A stretch of DNA of 40,320 bases from an uncultured bacterium (GCA_964618335.1 CAZTYI010000003.1:1-40320); one strand, 5' to 3'. Shown: positions 19,246 to 28,886, numbered from the stretch's first letter. Program-made: numbers and translations. Notes: generated from the letters alone by a model not told the origin.

Positions 19246-20054
19246 TGGACAACATTTTTTAAATAAATCAGTGAAAAAATCCCCATCAAAAAAGTATAGG
19301 CCGCAAAGTATAGCAGTCTTTTTTTGTATTTAAGAGCAAAAATCAGACGGATGCAGATCAGGCCGACTATAAATGAGGCTAAAAAGGCAGTCAGATAAGA
19401 GCTAAACTCGATGCCTGCTAAGCTTTGAGTTTGTGTTAGGCTTTGATTTTTTAAACGGTTAGCAATCTCTATCACGCTGCCTCCTAATATAGTAGGGATG
19501 GCTAAAAGAAAAGAAAAGGTCAGGATTTCTTTTAAGCTCCACCCTCTAAAAGAGCCGGCAAAGATCGTAGCTCCACTGCGCGATAAGCCGGGAACTAATG
19601 CCAGCACTTGCATTAAGCCTATAAATAACACATCTTGGGTTTTTCGCACACTCTGCTTTTTAGCTAAGGTTTGCTGCGTTTTGCTAAAAGCGGCAATCGT
19701 TAAGAGCAAAGCGGTCAATAAAAAAGCAAAACCTAGATAATGTGGCTGAGCAGAATAGGCTTTAATGAAGCTGCCGAGCAAGGGGTAGAGAATAATTAAA
19801 GGTAGGAGGGCTAGAGCAAAATAAAGGATCTCTTTAGGCCGTTTAAAAAGAATAGAAGTAATTTCTTTTTTTAAGAAAATAATAGTAGAAAGGGTTGTTC
19901 CTAAATGGCAGGTCAGGTTGAAAAAAACCGGGTCATTTAATTCTTTTAAATTAAAAAAATATTTTAATAGGGTCAAGTGAGCTGAAGAGCTAACTGGGAA
20001 AAACTCGGTTATGCCTTGTAAAATACCAAAAAAAAGAGCCTGTAAAAAACTCAT
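19242..20054 (-). CDS. uppP: undecaprenyl-diphosphate phosphatase (BacA)
   Basis: GILQGITEFFPVSSSAHL, HLGT, ALVPGLSRSGATI, FSFLLAIP. Confidence 0.95.
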   Translation of the reverse strand: MSFLQALFFGILQGITEFFPVSSSAHLTLLKYFFNLKELNDPVFFNLTCHLGTTLSTIIFLKKEITSILFKRPKEILYFALALLPLIILYPLLGSFIKAYSAQPHYLGFAFLLTALLLTIAAFSKTQQTLAKKQSVRKTQDVLFIGLMQVLALVPGLSRSGATIFAGSFRGWSLKEILTFSFLLAIPTILGGSVIEIANRLKNQSLTQTQSLAGIEFSSYLTAFLASFIVGLICIRLIFALKYKKRLLYFAAYTFLMGIFSLIYLKNVVQ

Positions 20055-20070
20055 TAGCTACTATATAAAA

Positions 20071-20148
20071 TGGGGCGAACGACGGGATTCGAACCCGCGA
20101 CATTTGGAACCACAATCCAACGCTCTAACCAGCTGAGCTACATCCGCC
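20071..20148 (-). tRNA. tRNA-His (GUG), with encoded G-1 and CCA
   Basis: GGCGGATGTAGCTCAGCTGGTTAGAGCGTTGGATTGTGGTTCCAAATGTCGCGGGTTCGAATCCCGTCGTTCGCCCCA; 8-bp acceptor stem, GTG anticodon, TTCGAA T-loop. Confidence 0.98.
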
Positions 20149-20163
20149 GTAAAATTGAAATCT

Positions 20164-20193
20164 ATGATGGCAAAAAAAAGGTCTATTTGTCAA
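20164..20193 (-). promoter_or_regulatory. promoter of tRNA-His (probably read through into uppP-ftsK)
   Basis: TTGACA(20193-20188)-18 bp-CATCAT with an extended TG; only 16 nt separate the tRNA end from the uppP start. Confidence 0.5.
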
Positions 20194-20294
20194 CTGAAGC
20201 TATTTAGTTTGTCTGATTACTAAGGCTGAAAAGGCTTTTTAGCCTGAGCAAGAGAAGAACTTGAACCTCACTCGCCTAAATGATAAATCTTTTT

Positions 20295-21893
20295 TTAAAA
20301 AATAGGATGGGGGTTAAGAGCGCTTTTAGACTGGTATTTAAATAAAATAGCCCAGAAGAAAAAGATGAAAAGCCAAATGATCACTAGAGGAAAAGAAAGG
20401 CTTTTAGTACGCAGAGAAAAATTCAAGAATTGAGGATAAGAAGCCAGGAACTTTAAAGAGATGGCTGTGAGATGATCAGCTAAAAAAAAGAACATGGTAC
20501 TAAGGGGAATGATAGGTGCCAGTGGCAGGGTCATCAGAGCGATTAAAAGCAGGTAAAAAGAAAATGAAATTAACAACGGAAAAAACAGGTTATAAACCAA
20601 GCCAAGCAGGGGAAAGCTATGGAAATAAAAAAGCAGCAGTGGCAACAAGCATAAAGTAACTGAAAGACTAACAGTGATAGCTGCTCTTAAATAGTTGATG
20701 AAATGTGCGCCGGCTTTTTCTAAAAAACTTAAACCTTTGCAATCGAAAGCTGTTCTTTTTTGTAACCAACAACTTAAAAAATCGCTGAGCGGATTATATA
20801 AAAATAAAATAGCGCCTACCGATAAAAAAGAGAGCTGGAAACTTAAAAAAGTTAAATTAATAGGGTCTATTAAGAGCTCTATCAGCAGGCCGAGGCCCAT
20901 GGCATTGAGGGCAAAACTATTTTTGCCGATAATTTTAGCAGTCAGAGCAACGGAAGCCCCAATCCAGGCTCTTTGTACGGAAGGCGACGGACCAATATAT
21001 AAAGCATATAGAGAAAGCAGGATCAGCAGAGTCCAGGGCAGGAAGCGGGACAGGGGCAGCCGTTTGAGAAAGAAAGAAAAAAAGAAGACTAATGCCATAA
21101 AATGAAAGCCGGAAATAGCTAAAATATGCTGCATTCCGGTTTTTGTAAAAATAAAGCGCCAAAGATTACTTTTCATAGAGCCGGTTAGTTGACCGTTTAA
21201 AAAAATAAAAGACGAATTATGTTTGATCTTTTTTCTTAAAAGCCTTTCTAACTTTTGTTGTAGTACGAAACGCTTTTCTGTTAAAAAATTCCAGCAGGAA
21301 CCGATCGGCTTGAAGTTTTTTTGAGCTTTAAAAATATAATAATAGAGGCCTCTATTTTTAACCGTGCCTTCTAGTGCGTAAATTTGATCGGCTGAAGGGC
21401 GTTTTTTTTGAGAGCAATAAACAGTGCAGGGCAGGTTGTAATAGGTTTTACTCTTAGAGTTATCAGATCCCTCAGAAACTAAATTGAGAGTTTTTAGAGT
21501 ACCTTTTAAAAGATAGGCTTTTTTATAAGTTGTGGTCTCTGCTATCGAATGGATCTTGAAAGTAGCAGTAGCAGGAGTTTTATCTTCTACTTTTAAAAAA
21601 GAGGGGTGTAAGAAAAAAGTTTCTAAATATCCAACTAAGATTAGAAAGGCAAACGTAAAAATCAGAGTTTTATTTTTGAGGAGTTTTTGGTTTTTTATTT
21701 TTTTTTTACTTTTAGAAAATAAAAATAAGACTGAAAAAAATAGAAATAAAAATAAAAAAACTAGCGCTAAAAGTAATGGATGAAAAGCTAGTTTTAGCCA
21801 AATCCCCCCAATAAAAGCTAACGCAAAAAAAAGTAGAGGCGCTTCCAAAAAAGCAAAAATAAAAGCCTCTTTAATACGAAAAAAAAGAGTCAT
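20295..21893 (-). CDS. comEC: ComEC/Rec2-family competence channel lacking the C-terminal MBL domain
   Basis: F.KTGMQHILAISGFH, G.SPSVQRA, LSFQLSF; multiple TM helices. Confidence 0.88.
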   Translation of the reverse strand: MTLFFRIKEAFIFAFLEAPLLFFALAFIGGIWLKLAFHPLLLALVFLFLFLFFSVLFLFSKSKKKIKNQKLLKNKTLIFTFAFLILVGYLETFFLHPSFLKVEDKTPATATFKIHSIAETTTYKKAYLLKGTLKTLNLVSEGSDNSKSKTYYNLPCTVYCSQKKRPSADQIYALEGTVKNRGLYYYIFKAQKNFKPIGSCWNFLTEKRFVLQQKLERLLRKKIKHNSSFIFLNGQLTGSMKSNLWRFIFTKTGMQHILAISGFHFMALVFFFSFFLKRLPLSRFLPWTLLILLSLYALYIGPSPSVQRAWIGASVALTAKIIGKNSFALNAMGLGLLIELLIDPINLTFLSFQLSFLSVGAILFLYNPLSDFLSCWLQKRTAFDCKGLSFLEKAGAHFINYLRAAITVSLSVTLCLLPLLLFYFHSFPLLGLVYNLFFPLLISFSFYLLLIALMTLPLAPIIPLSTMFFFLADHLTAISLKFLASYPQFLNFSLRTKSLSFPLVIIWLFIFFFWAILFKYQSKSALNPHPIF

Positions 21894-22135
21894 AATTTTT
21901 AAAAAGTGTAGAAAAGATTAAGAAAAAAGAAAATTCTTTTCTTTTTTCTTTTAAAAAAGTTTTTTTTTACATTACCATAGTAGAGCGATAGCAAGAGGAT
22001 TTGCATATGGTTAATCATTCTAAGCAAATCCAGCATTCTAGTTGTGGATTTTTAAGAACCAAAAGAGAAAGAACCTAACGAAAGAGCGAAAGAAAATATA
22101 GAGAAAAGGATTTAAAGCTTTAGTCAGAGGCAAGC

Positions 22136-23152
22136 TTGAAAGTTAAAGACCTTTTTAACAAGCATAGTAAAAATCTTTTGTTACAGCTGATCGCCGGCGC
22201 TGACGGTTTACAGCGCGACATTCTGAAGGACGAAGTTCATCGTCCAGGGCTTGCGCTCTCTGGGTTTTTCAAACATTTTTCTTTCGATCATATTTTGGTA
22301 TTTGGCCAAACAGAAATAGAATATTTAAAGACTTTAGAACCAAAAGTCAGAGAAAGTAGATTAGCTGAGCTATTATTAAAAGATACTCCGGCAGTGATTC
22401 TGGCAAACGGAGAAAAACCTGACCATGAGCTGATGAAAATTTGCGCTCTCAGAAGAATTCCTCTTTTTAACACTGCTTTGACGACTCGCAGTTTGATCAA
22501 TAAGTTGTTTTTTCTGTTACATGAAGAATTTGCTCCAACTGAGACACTACATGGCACTTTAGTAGAAGTTTTTGGCATCGGCGTGATTATTCAGGGAGAT
22601 TCTTCCATAGGCAAAAGCGAAGCGGCTTTAGGCTTATTGGAAAAAGGACATCGGTTGATTTCAGATGATGCAGTCACAGTTAAAAAACAGCTCAGCAAGT
22701 TAATCGGCTCAGGACCGGTTTTAACTCGCCATATGATGGAAATCCGTGGGATTGGCATTATTAATGCAGCACAGTTGCATGGAGCAATTTGTATTCGGCA
22801 TAACATTGAAATTGAGTTGGTGGTTAGATTAGAAGAATGGAATGAAGATAATTTTTATGACCGCATAGGTTTAGAAGAGAAATTTTTCGATATTTTGGAA
22901 ATGCAAGTTCCTCTGCATATTTTGCCGGCAAAAACAGGCAGAGATATTGTTTTATTGATTGAAACCGTTGCTTTAAACCATCGATTAAAGGTTTTAGGGT
23001 ATCATTCAGCTAAAGAATTTAATGCTAAATTAGTTGAAGCAATTAAAAATCAAACAACCCTTTCTAAAAGAAATGGTTGTTTTGATATGAAAAATGATAA
23101 AAATAAAAGAAGTAAAAGAGAGAAAAACAGTGAAGCTTGTCAAAAATATTAA
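22136..23152 (+). CDS. hprK: HPr kinase/phosphorylase
   Basis: VHRPGLALSGFF, LHGTLVEVFGIGVIIQGDSSIGKSE, GHRLISDD, MEIRGIGII, GRDIVLLIE; TTG start. Confidence 0.95.
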   Translation: MKVKDLFNKHSKNLLLQLIAGADGLQRDILKDEVHRPGLALSGFFKHFSFDHILVFGQTEIEYLKTLEPKVRESRLAELLLKDTPAVILANGEKPDHELMKICALRRIPLFNTALTTRSLINKLFFLLHEEFAPTETLHGTLVEVFGIGVIIQGDSSIGKSEAALGLLEKGHRLISDDAVTVKKQLSKLIGSGPVLTRHMMEIRGIGIINAAQLHGAICIRHNIEIELVVRLEEWNEDNFYDRIGLEEKFFDILEMQVPLHILPAKTGRDIVLLIETVALNHRLKVLGYHSAKEFNAKLVEAIKNQTTLSKRNGCFDMKNDKNKRSKREKNSEACQKY

Positions 23153-23396
23153 AGTTAAAAACGCTTTAGGTCTGCATATTCGGCCGGCAGCTTTAATTGT
23201 TAAAATTTTGCAGCTTTCTAAATCGTCTGTTTTTTTTACTTATAAAAAAGAAACGGTCAATGCTCGCAGCATTATGAATATTTTAACCTTGGCAGTTAAA
23301 AAAAATTCAGAGATTACTATTACAGTTAAAGGCGATGATGCTGCTTTCACCATGGAAGCTTTAATCGAGGCTTTTGAAAGTTGTTTTGAGGAATAA
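23130..23396 (+). CDS. ptsH: phosphocarrier protein HPr
   Basis: GLHIRPAA (His15) and NARSIMNIL (Ser46); likely GTG start at 23130, overlapping the end of hprK. Confidence 0.95.
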   Translation: MKLVKNIKVKNALGLHIRPAALIVKILQLSKSSVFFTYKKETVNARSIMNILTLAVKKNSEITITVKGDDAAFTMEALIEAFESCFEE

Positions 23397-25133
23397 ATGG
23401 TAGAAAAAAAAATAAAAGGTTTGAAAATAAGCTCTGGTATTGCTTTTGGAGTGCCTTTTTTAATAAAACCTGTTTCTCATAAACCGCAAGATGTTTTACT
23501 GAAAAAAAACGAAGTCTCGCATGAAATCGAACGCTATAAGAGTGCTTTGGAGCAAAGCCGTGAGGATTTAAGGTATTTGCAAAAACGCAGTAGCGGAGAG
23601 GGTAAGAACGCAGTTGTCCAAATTTTAGAAGCTCATTTAGAAATTTTAAAAGATCCGCTTATTACCGAAATGATTATTTCTAGAATTTCTAAATTACAAA
23701 AAAATACAGAAACCGTTTTTCAGCAATTTTTAGTTGAATATGAAAATAACTTTAGAAAAAAAGATCAGTTTTTCAAAGAGCGCATGAATGATATCCAAGA
23801 TGTGGCAGGACGTATTCTGAGCCATCTTTATCCCCGTTTTAAAGAACCTAACAATTTGATTTTTAAGGAAGCCATTATCTTTACAAAAGAATTGATTCCC
23901 TCTTTGGCTTTGGAACTTGCTCAGAAAAAATGTGCCGCTTTTGTGACTGAAAAGGGTTGTTCTACTTCCCATATGGCCATTATTGCGCGCGCTAAAGGCA
24001 TTCCTTGTGTCTCCGGTATCAACCTAGACTCTCTCAAGCAGCCTTTAAAGCAGGTCATTGTAGATGGTGACAAAGGAGAAGTGATTGTCAATCCTACAGT
24101 TAGCACGATTCGACTATATGTTAAAAAACAGCAAGCTTTACAACTAGCTTCTAAGTCTAACGTTTTAAGCGGCTGTTTAAAAACTCTGGATAGAAAAAAA
24201 GTATTTCTTTTTTCCAATGTTGAAGATGATGGCAAGCTCAATAGCGATAAGACAGCCGGTATTGGACTTTTTCGCTCAGAGTATCTCTGTTTAAAAGCTA
24301 AAAAATTTCCTTCTGAAGCAGAGCAGCTGAAAGTGTATAGAAATCTGCTTTTACAAATGCAGAATAAGCCGGTCATCATTCGGCTTTTTGATGTCGGATC
24401 AGATAAGAGCTTAAGAGGCAGCGAAAATGTAGGCTTTATGCCGAAAGAAGACAATCCCTCTCTTGGTTTTCGTGCTATTCGCTTTTTACTCAAAAATACT
24501 CAAATTTTAAAAGAGCAGATTAGAGCTTTGCTGAGAGCTTCGCCTTTTGGCAACTTACATATTTTAGTGCCTTTGATTTCTGATCTGAGCGAATTACTTA
24601 AAGTGAAAAGTCTAATTTCAGAAATCACAGAGCAGCTCGGTAAAGAGGGCTTAGAAGTGAAAAAAAATGTGCCGGTCGGAGCTATGATCGAAGTTCCATC
24701 AGCGGCTCTGATGTGCCAGGCATTAGCTGAAGAAAGTGATTTCTTATCAATTGGCACGAATGATTTAACACAATATCTGATGGCAGCGGATCGTTCTAAC
24801 AGGGCAGTCAGACATTTTTATGATTTTGCCTCTCCCGCTCTGATTTATTTGTTAGATCGGATCTCAAAAGCGGCCAAGCAGGTTCAAAAGCCTCTTTTTA
24901 TCTGTGGAGAAATGGCAGCTGATCCTAAGTTTACCGAACTTTTGATTGGTTTGGGATTAGAGAATTTTTCTCTTTCTCAGACTCTTTTTGAACCGATTCA
25001 ACAACAGGTTAAAAAAATTAACAGTAAGAAAGCTAAGAAGTTGCTTAAAAAAGCGCTAATTTGCTCTTCTGTTGAAGAACTGCGCTCACTCCTTTTTAAC
25101 GACTCCGTCCAGCTCGACCGCAGTAAAGTGTAA
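23397..25133 (+). CDS. ptsI: PEP-protein phosphotransferase (PTS enzyme I)
   Basis: TSHMAIIARAKGIP (phospho-His), IGLFRSE, IRLFDVGSDK, NPSLGFRAIR, MIEVPSAA, SIGTNDLTQY, CGEMA. Confidence 0.97.
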   Translation: MVEKKIKGLKISSGIAFGVPFLIKPVSHKPQDVLLKKNEVSHEIERYKSALEQSREDLRYLQKRSSGEGKNAVVQILEAHLEILKDPLITEMIISRISKLQKNTETVFQQFLVEYENNFRKKDQFFKERMNDIQDVAGRILSHLYPRFKEPNNLIFKEAIIFTKELIPSLALELAQKKCAAFVTEKGCSTSHMAIIARAKGIPCVSGINLDSLKQPLKQVIVDGDKGEVIVNPTVSTIRLYVKKQQALQLASKSNVLSGCLKTLDRKKVFLFSNVEDDGKLNSDKTAGIGLFRSEYLCLKAKKFPSEAEQLKVYRNLLLQMQNKPVIIRLFDVGSDKSLRGSENVGFMPKEDNPSLGFRAIRFLLKNTQILKEQIRALLRASPFGNLHILVPLISDLSELLKVKSLISEITEQLGKEGLEVKKNVPVGAMIEVPSAALMCQALAEESDFLSIGTNDLTQYLMAADRSNRAVRHFYDFASPALIYLLDRISKAAKQVQKPLFICGEMAADPKFTELLIGLGLENFSLSQTLFEPIQQQVKKINSKKAKKLLKKALICSSVEELRSLLFNDSVQLDRSKV

Positions 25134-26606
25134 AAGGGTGTCTAATTTATCTGATGGTTTGTTTTCTGTTACGGGTTTTTCAATAGTTTGAGTTTGTGGA
25201 GCTGCTTTAGCTTGTGGAATTTCATTTTTTATAATTTCTGGAATTCTTGGTTCAGGCTTGGTTGGAATCGGTTCTGGTTTTTCTAAAAAAACAGCTTTTT
25301 CTTTAATTGGAAGAGGATTTTTTAAAGTAGGTTCTGCAACTGGTTTTTGAACTGGTTCTGTTGGAATTTGAGCCTTTGGTTGAGAATCTGATAAAGGGTC
25401 TTTTTTTAAAAGAGCCTCTTTTGCTTCAACTGGTTCGGTGGTAAGATTTACGCTTGTTGATTTGATTTGCTGTTCCAGTTCGATCAGCCTTTGCACTAAA
25501 AGCGGCAAAGAAATTCTTTTTTTAGAGCGAATGATTTGCAAAAGTAGCATTTCCACAGTAGTTTTTTTAGAAAGACTTTTTTGCACCATGCTAACTGTAG
25601 ATAAAAGCAGCTCTATGATATATGAGAGCTCTTCTTTGCTATATAAAGCGCTGTTTTCTTCATATTTTTGTTTGACGTCCGCACTTAGTTCTAAACTCCC
25701 TTTTTGATATTTTAAAACCAGATAACGGCGAAAATGTTCGATTAACTCCTGAGTAAAATGAGTAAAATCTTTACCTAAAGTGTAAATCGTTTCGGACATT
25801 TCATAAGCAAAGGCTTCTTCACCATTTTTAATGGCTTCGTCTAATTTAAAAAAATAGTCTTGAGGGATCAATCCTAAGATTTTACTGACTACGGGTTCGC
25901 TGATGACATCGCTTTCATAACATAGAAGCTGGTCTAAAAGGGATTGGCTATCTCTGAGCGATCCATCAGAGAAGCGGGCAATTAAATGCAGAGCTTTTTC
26001 TTCTGATTTACGGCCTAAGTCTTTTAAAATAGTTTTTAGCTTATCGACGATTTTTTCATAACTGATGCGCCTCAGATCGAATCTCTGGCAGCGGCTTAAA
26101 ATGGTCGGGGGTACTTTATGGGGTTCTGTAGTGGCAAAGAAAAACTTAATAGATGAAGGAGGTTCTTCCAGAGTTTTTAAAAGGGCATTGAAGGCTTCTT
26201 TAGTCAACATATGCACTTCGTCGATAATATAAATTTTATATTTACCGGAAGAGGGAGCATAGCCGATGGTTTCGTTGATTTGCCTGATATCATCGATACC
26301 GCGGTTTGAAGCACCGTCAATTTCTAAAACATCCAAAGAGCAGCCGTTAGTAATTTCCAAGCAGGAAGAGCATTTATTGCAAGGTTCCTGATCTTCAGAA
26401 AGCTCGAGACAGTTAAGGGCTTTGGCTAAGAGGCGGGCAAGCGTAGTTTTTCCAATTCCCCTTGATCCCGAAAAAAGATAGGCTTGGGCTAACCGGTTGA
26501 AATGGATACTATTTTTTAAAATTTTTACCGTTTCTTCTTGGCCAATGACCGATTGAAAAGTCTGAGGGCGGTACTTTCTTGCTAAAACTTGATAATTATC
26601 ACTCAT
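25086..26606 (-). CDS. dnaX: DNA polymerase III subunits gamma/tau
   Basis: LARKYRPQTF, GSRGIGKTT, zinc C-x8-CxxCxxC, EIDGASNRG, IIDEVHML, SRC; Pro-rich linker; 48-bp convergent overlap with ptsI. Confidence 0.97.
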   Translation of the reverse strand: MSDNYQVLARKYRPQTFQSVIGQEETVKILKNSIHFNRLAQAYLFSGSRGIGKTTLARLLAKALNCLELSEDQEPCNKCSSCLEITNGCSLDVLEIDGASNRGIDDIRQINETIGYAPSSGKYKIYIIDEVHMLTKEAFNALLKTLEEPPSSIKFFFATTEPHKVPPTILSRCQRFDLRRISYEKIVDKLKTILKDLGRKSEEKALHLIARFSDGSLRDSQSLLDQLLCYESDVISEPVVSKILGLIPQDYFFKLDEAIKNGEEAFAYEMSETIYTLGKDFTHFTQELIEHFRRYLVLKYQKGSLELSADVKQKYEENSALYSKEELSYIIELLLSTVSMVQKSLSKKTTVEMLLLQIIRSKKRISLPLLVQRLIELEQQIKSTSVNLTTEPVEAKEALLKKDPLSDSQPKAQIPTEPVQKPVAEPTLKNPLPIKEKAVFLEKPEPIPTKPEPRIPEIIKNEIPQAKAAPQTQTIEKPVTENKPSDKLDTLLHFTAVELDGVVKKE

Positions 26607-26735
26607 AGAAACCCGTTTTGCTTGTTTTTATTTTTCAGAAAAAGAGTTTTGTCGTCCAGCTAAATATTTATTTTGCCTATAGATGTAATTTGTAATAATA
26701 TATTATTATAAAAAGAAGACAATCCAAAAGGATCT

Positions 26736-28886
26736 ATGGCTAGTTCTTTTTTTAAGATGAGTTTTTCAAAATTAATTATTTGGAAAAGTTATTTATTTAA
26801 AGATGATTTAATTTTCCGTCTTTTTATTGGACTATTAAGCCTTGTTTGTATTTTTCTTTTTATTCATTTTAGAGAAGTCAAAGTTGAGACCCTCGAATTA
26901 GGCTCGACAGCATCTTCTTACGTAGTAGCTCAGACTGATTTTGATTTTCCAGATGATGAAGCAACGACTATTTTAAAACAGGAAGCGCTGAGAGATTTAG
27001 GGCCGATTTTTAGTTTTAACGATAAAGCTCTGTTTCAAGTACGCTACGATTTTGAATATTATTTAATTCACGATACTATCTGGAAAGAAAATCTTAAAGA
27101 GACCTCTTTGGAGGATCTTTATAAACAGACAGATGCTTTGGTTTCTTTTTTTAAAAAATTACGTTTTGCCGATGTAACGACTTTAAAAAAGATGCAGAAA
27201 TTTGATATACCGGTTGTAGATTTTATGGTTTTTACACCGGCCAAAGAAGAAAAAGAAATTGAGCTACCCCATGAATATTGGGTACGTTTGGAAGAGGTTT
27301 TTTTAAAAGAAAATGCTTTTCCGAAATCAGAAATAAATTTTATTTTGAATTTTTTTGCTGCTAAAAAATGGCTTTTGAGCGAAGACGAAAAAGCCGAAAA
27401 TCATCTACGCTCGAGGATTGACAATAGTATTCCGCAGAAATATACCGAAATCAAAGCCGGCACTCGCATTATTGCTGGTGGAGAGAAGGTGACGGTTAGG
27501 CATATTTCCATGCTGGCTGCAATGAAGCAGTCTCTTTCAGAAAAACGCAATCTTTTGACGCCTTTTAATATTATCGGCAATTTAATTTTTGCTTTTGTTT
27601 TTATTGTGCTTTCTTTTCTTTATCTAAGAATTGATCAAGAGGAAGTCTTAAAATCCTTACAAAAGCTCTCTCTGCTTGTTTGTATTACGATTTTAACTTT
27701 AGCTTTTGCCAAAGTGACTGAATATGTACTTTTGCAAAATACCTCGACCTTATTGGAATCGGTGCGCTATCCCGTGATTGTGCCTTTTGCCGCTTTTCTT
27801 TTAAGTATTTTATTTAATCCGAGGCTAGCTCTTTTCGGCACAGTCTTTTTATCGATTCTGCTTTCTATCACGTTAATGGTAGATATGACTCAATTTTTAG
27901 TGATTAACTTGATTGCCGCTTTAATTGTGGTGGTTTCTTCTTCTTGTATGAGAAAAAGAAAGGAAGTCTTTCAAGTCTGCGCTAAATGCCTTTTAGGCAT
28001 AGTGCCTATTATTTTAGCTTTTCATCTGCTCTCTGAAAAGTTTTGGACTTTTAGTTTGATTCAGGACATCGGCATGAGCATGCTCTTTATGCTGATTATT
28101 TCAGTTTTAGTCATGGGCATTCTACCACTTTTAGAATCGCTTTTTCATGTCATGACAGATATTACCTTAATGGAATACATGGATCCTTCCAACGAACTTT
28201 TAAAACGGCTAGCTTTGGAAATGCCTGGCACTTATCAGCATTCGCTAGTACTTGGCAATATCACTGAAGCGGTAGGAGTCGCTATAGGCGCTAATGCGCT
28301 GCTTTGCCGCGTAGCCACTTTGTATCATGATATCGGCAAGCTTTCCAATGCTCATTTCTTTACTGAAAATCAGCCTCCAGGAGTCAATATTCATCAGCTG
28401 CTCACTCCTGCTGAATCAGCTCAAGTGATTATAGCCCACAGCAAAGACGGAGTAGCGTTAGCTAAAAAATATCGTCTGCCCCAGCCTTTTATTGATATTA
28501 TTCAAGAGCATCACGGCACTACACTGGTTTATTATTTTTATCATCAAGAGTTAGAAAACCAACATGGCGATGCTTCCAAAGTAGATGAGAGTCTCTTCCG
28601 TTATCCTGGCCCTAAGCCTCATTCCAAAGAATCCGCGATTATTATGATCTCTGACAGTGTAGAAGCAGCTTCTCGTTCAATTGAAAAGCCTAATGAAGAA
28701 GAGATCATTAAGTTAGTCAGTCAAGTGGTTAAAGAACGCATTGATGATAACCAGCTAGAAGAGTGTAATTTGACTTTTGAAGAGCTGATGATTATTAAAA
28801 AGACATTGGTGAAGATTTTAATTGTTAGCCACCATGTCAGAGTTAAATATCCTGAGAAAAATCCAAATCCAAATAAAGATTCTTAA
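26736..28886 (+). CDS. 7TM-HD (HDIG) membrane phosphohydrolase, PgpH-like c-di-AMP phosphodiesterase
   Basis: N-terminal TM plus extracytoplasmic domain, 7TM region, PGTYQHS, YHDIGK, IIAH..DG, EHHGTT, FRYPGPKP, DSVEAASRS. Confidence 0.88.
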   Translation: MASSFFKMSFSKLIIWKSYLFKDDLIFRLFIGLLSLVCIFLFIHFREVKVETLELGSTASSYVVAQTDFDFPDDEATTILKQEALRDLGPIFSFNDKALFQVRYDFEYYLIHDTIWKENLKETSLEDLYKQTDALVSFFKKLRFADVTTLKKMQKFDIPVVDFMVFTPAKEEKEIELPHEYWVRLEEVFLKENAFPKSEINFILNFFAAKKWLLSEDEKAENHLRSRIDNSIPQKYTEIKAGTRIIAGGEKVTVRHISMLAAMKQSLSEKRNLLTPFNIIGNLIFAFVFIVLSFLYLRIDQEEVLKSLQKLSLLVCITILTLAFAKVTEYVLLQNTSTLLESVRYPVIVPFAAFLLSILFNPRLALFGTVFLSILLSITLMVDMTQFLVINLIAALIVVVSSSCMRKRKEVFQVCAKCLLGIVPIILAFHLLSEKFWTFSLIQDIGMSMLFMLIISVLVMGILPLLESLFHVMTDITLMEYMDPSNELLKRLALEMPGTYQHSLVLGNITEAVGVAIGANALLCRVATLYHDIGKLSNAHFFTENQPPGVNIHQLLTPAESAQVIIAHSKDGVALAKKYRLPQPFIDIIQEHHGTTLVYYFYHQELENQHGDASKVDESLFRYPGPKPHSKESAIIMISDSVEAASRSIEKPNEEEIIKLVSQVVKERIDDNQLEECNLTFEELMIIKKTLVKILIVSHHVRVKYPEKNPNPNKDS

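Noticed and set aside
20223-20246. Hairpin AGGCTGAAAA..TTTTAGCCT downstream of comEC as a terminator
   Set aside because: No U-tract on the relevant (minus) strand; too weak to call.
26607-26735. SRP RNA (ffs), which often precedes dnaX
   Set aside because: Only 129 AT-rich bases, with no GC-rich stem or CAGG-GGAA-AGCAG motif.
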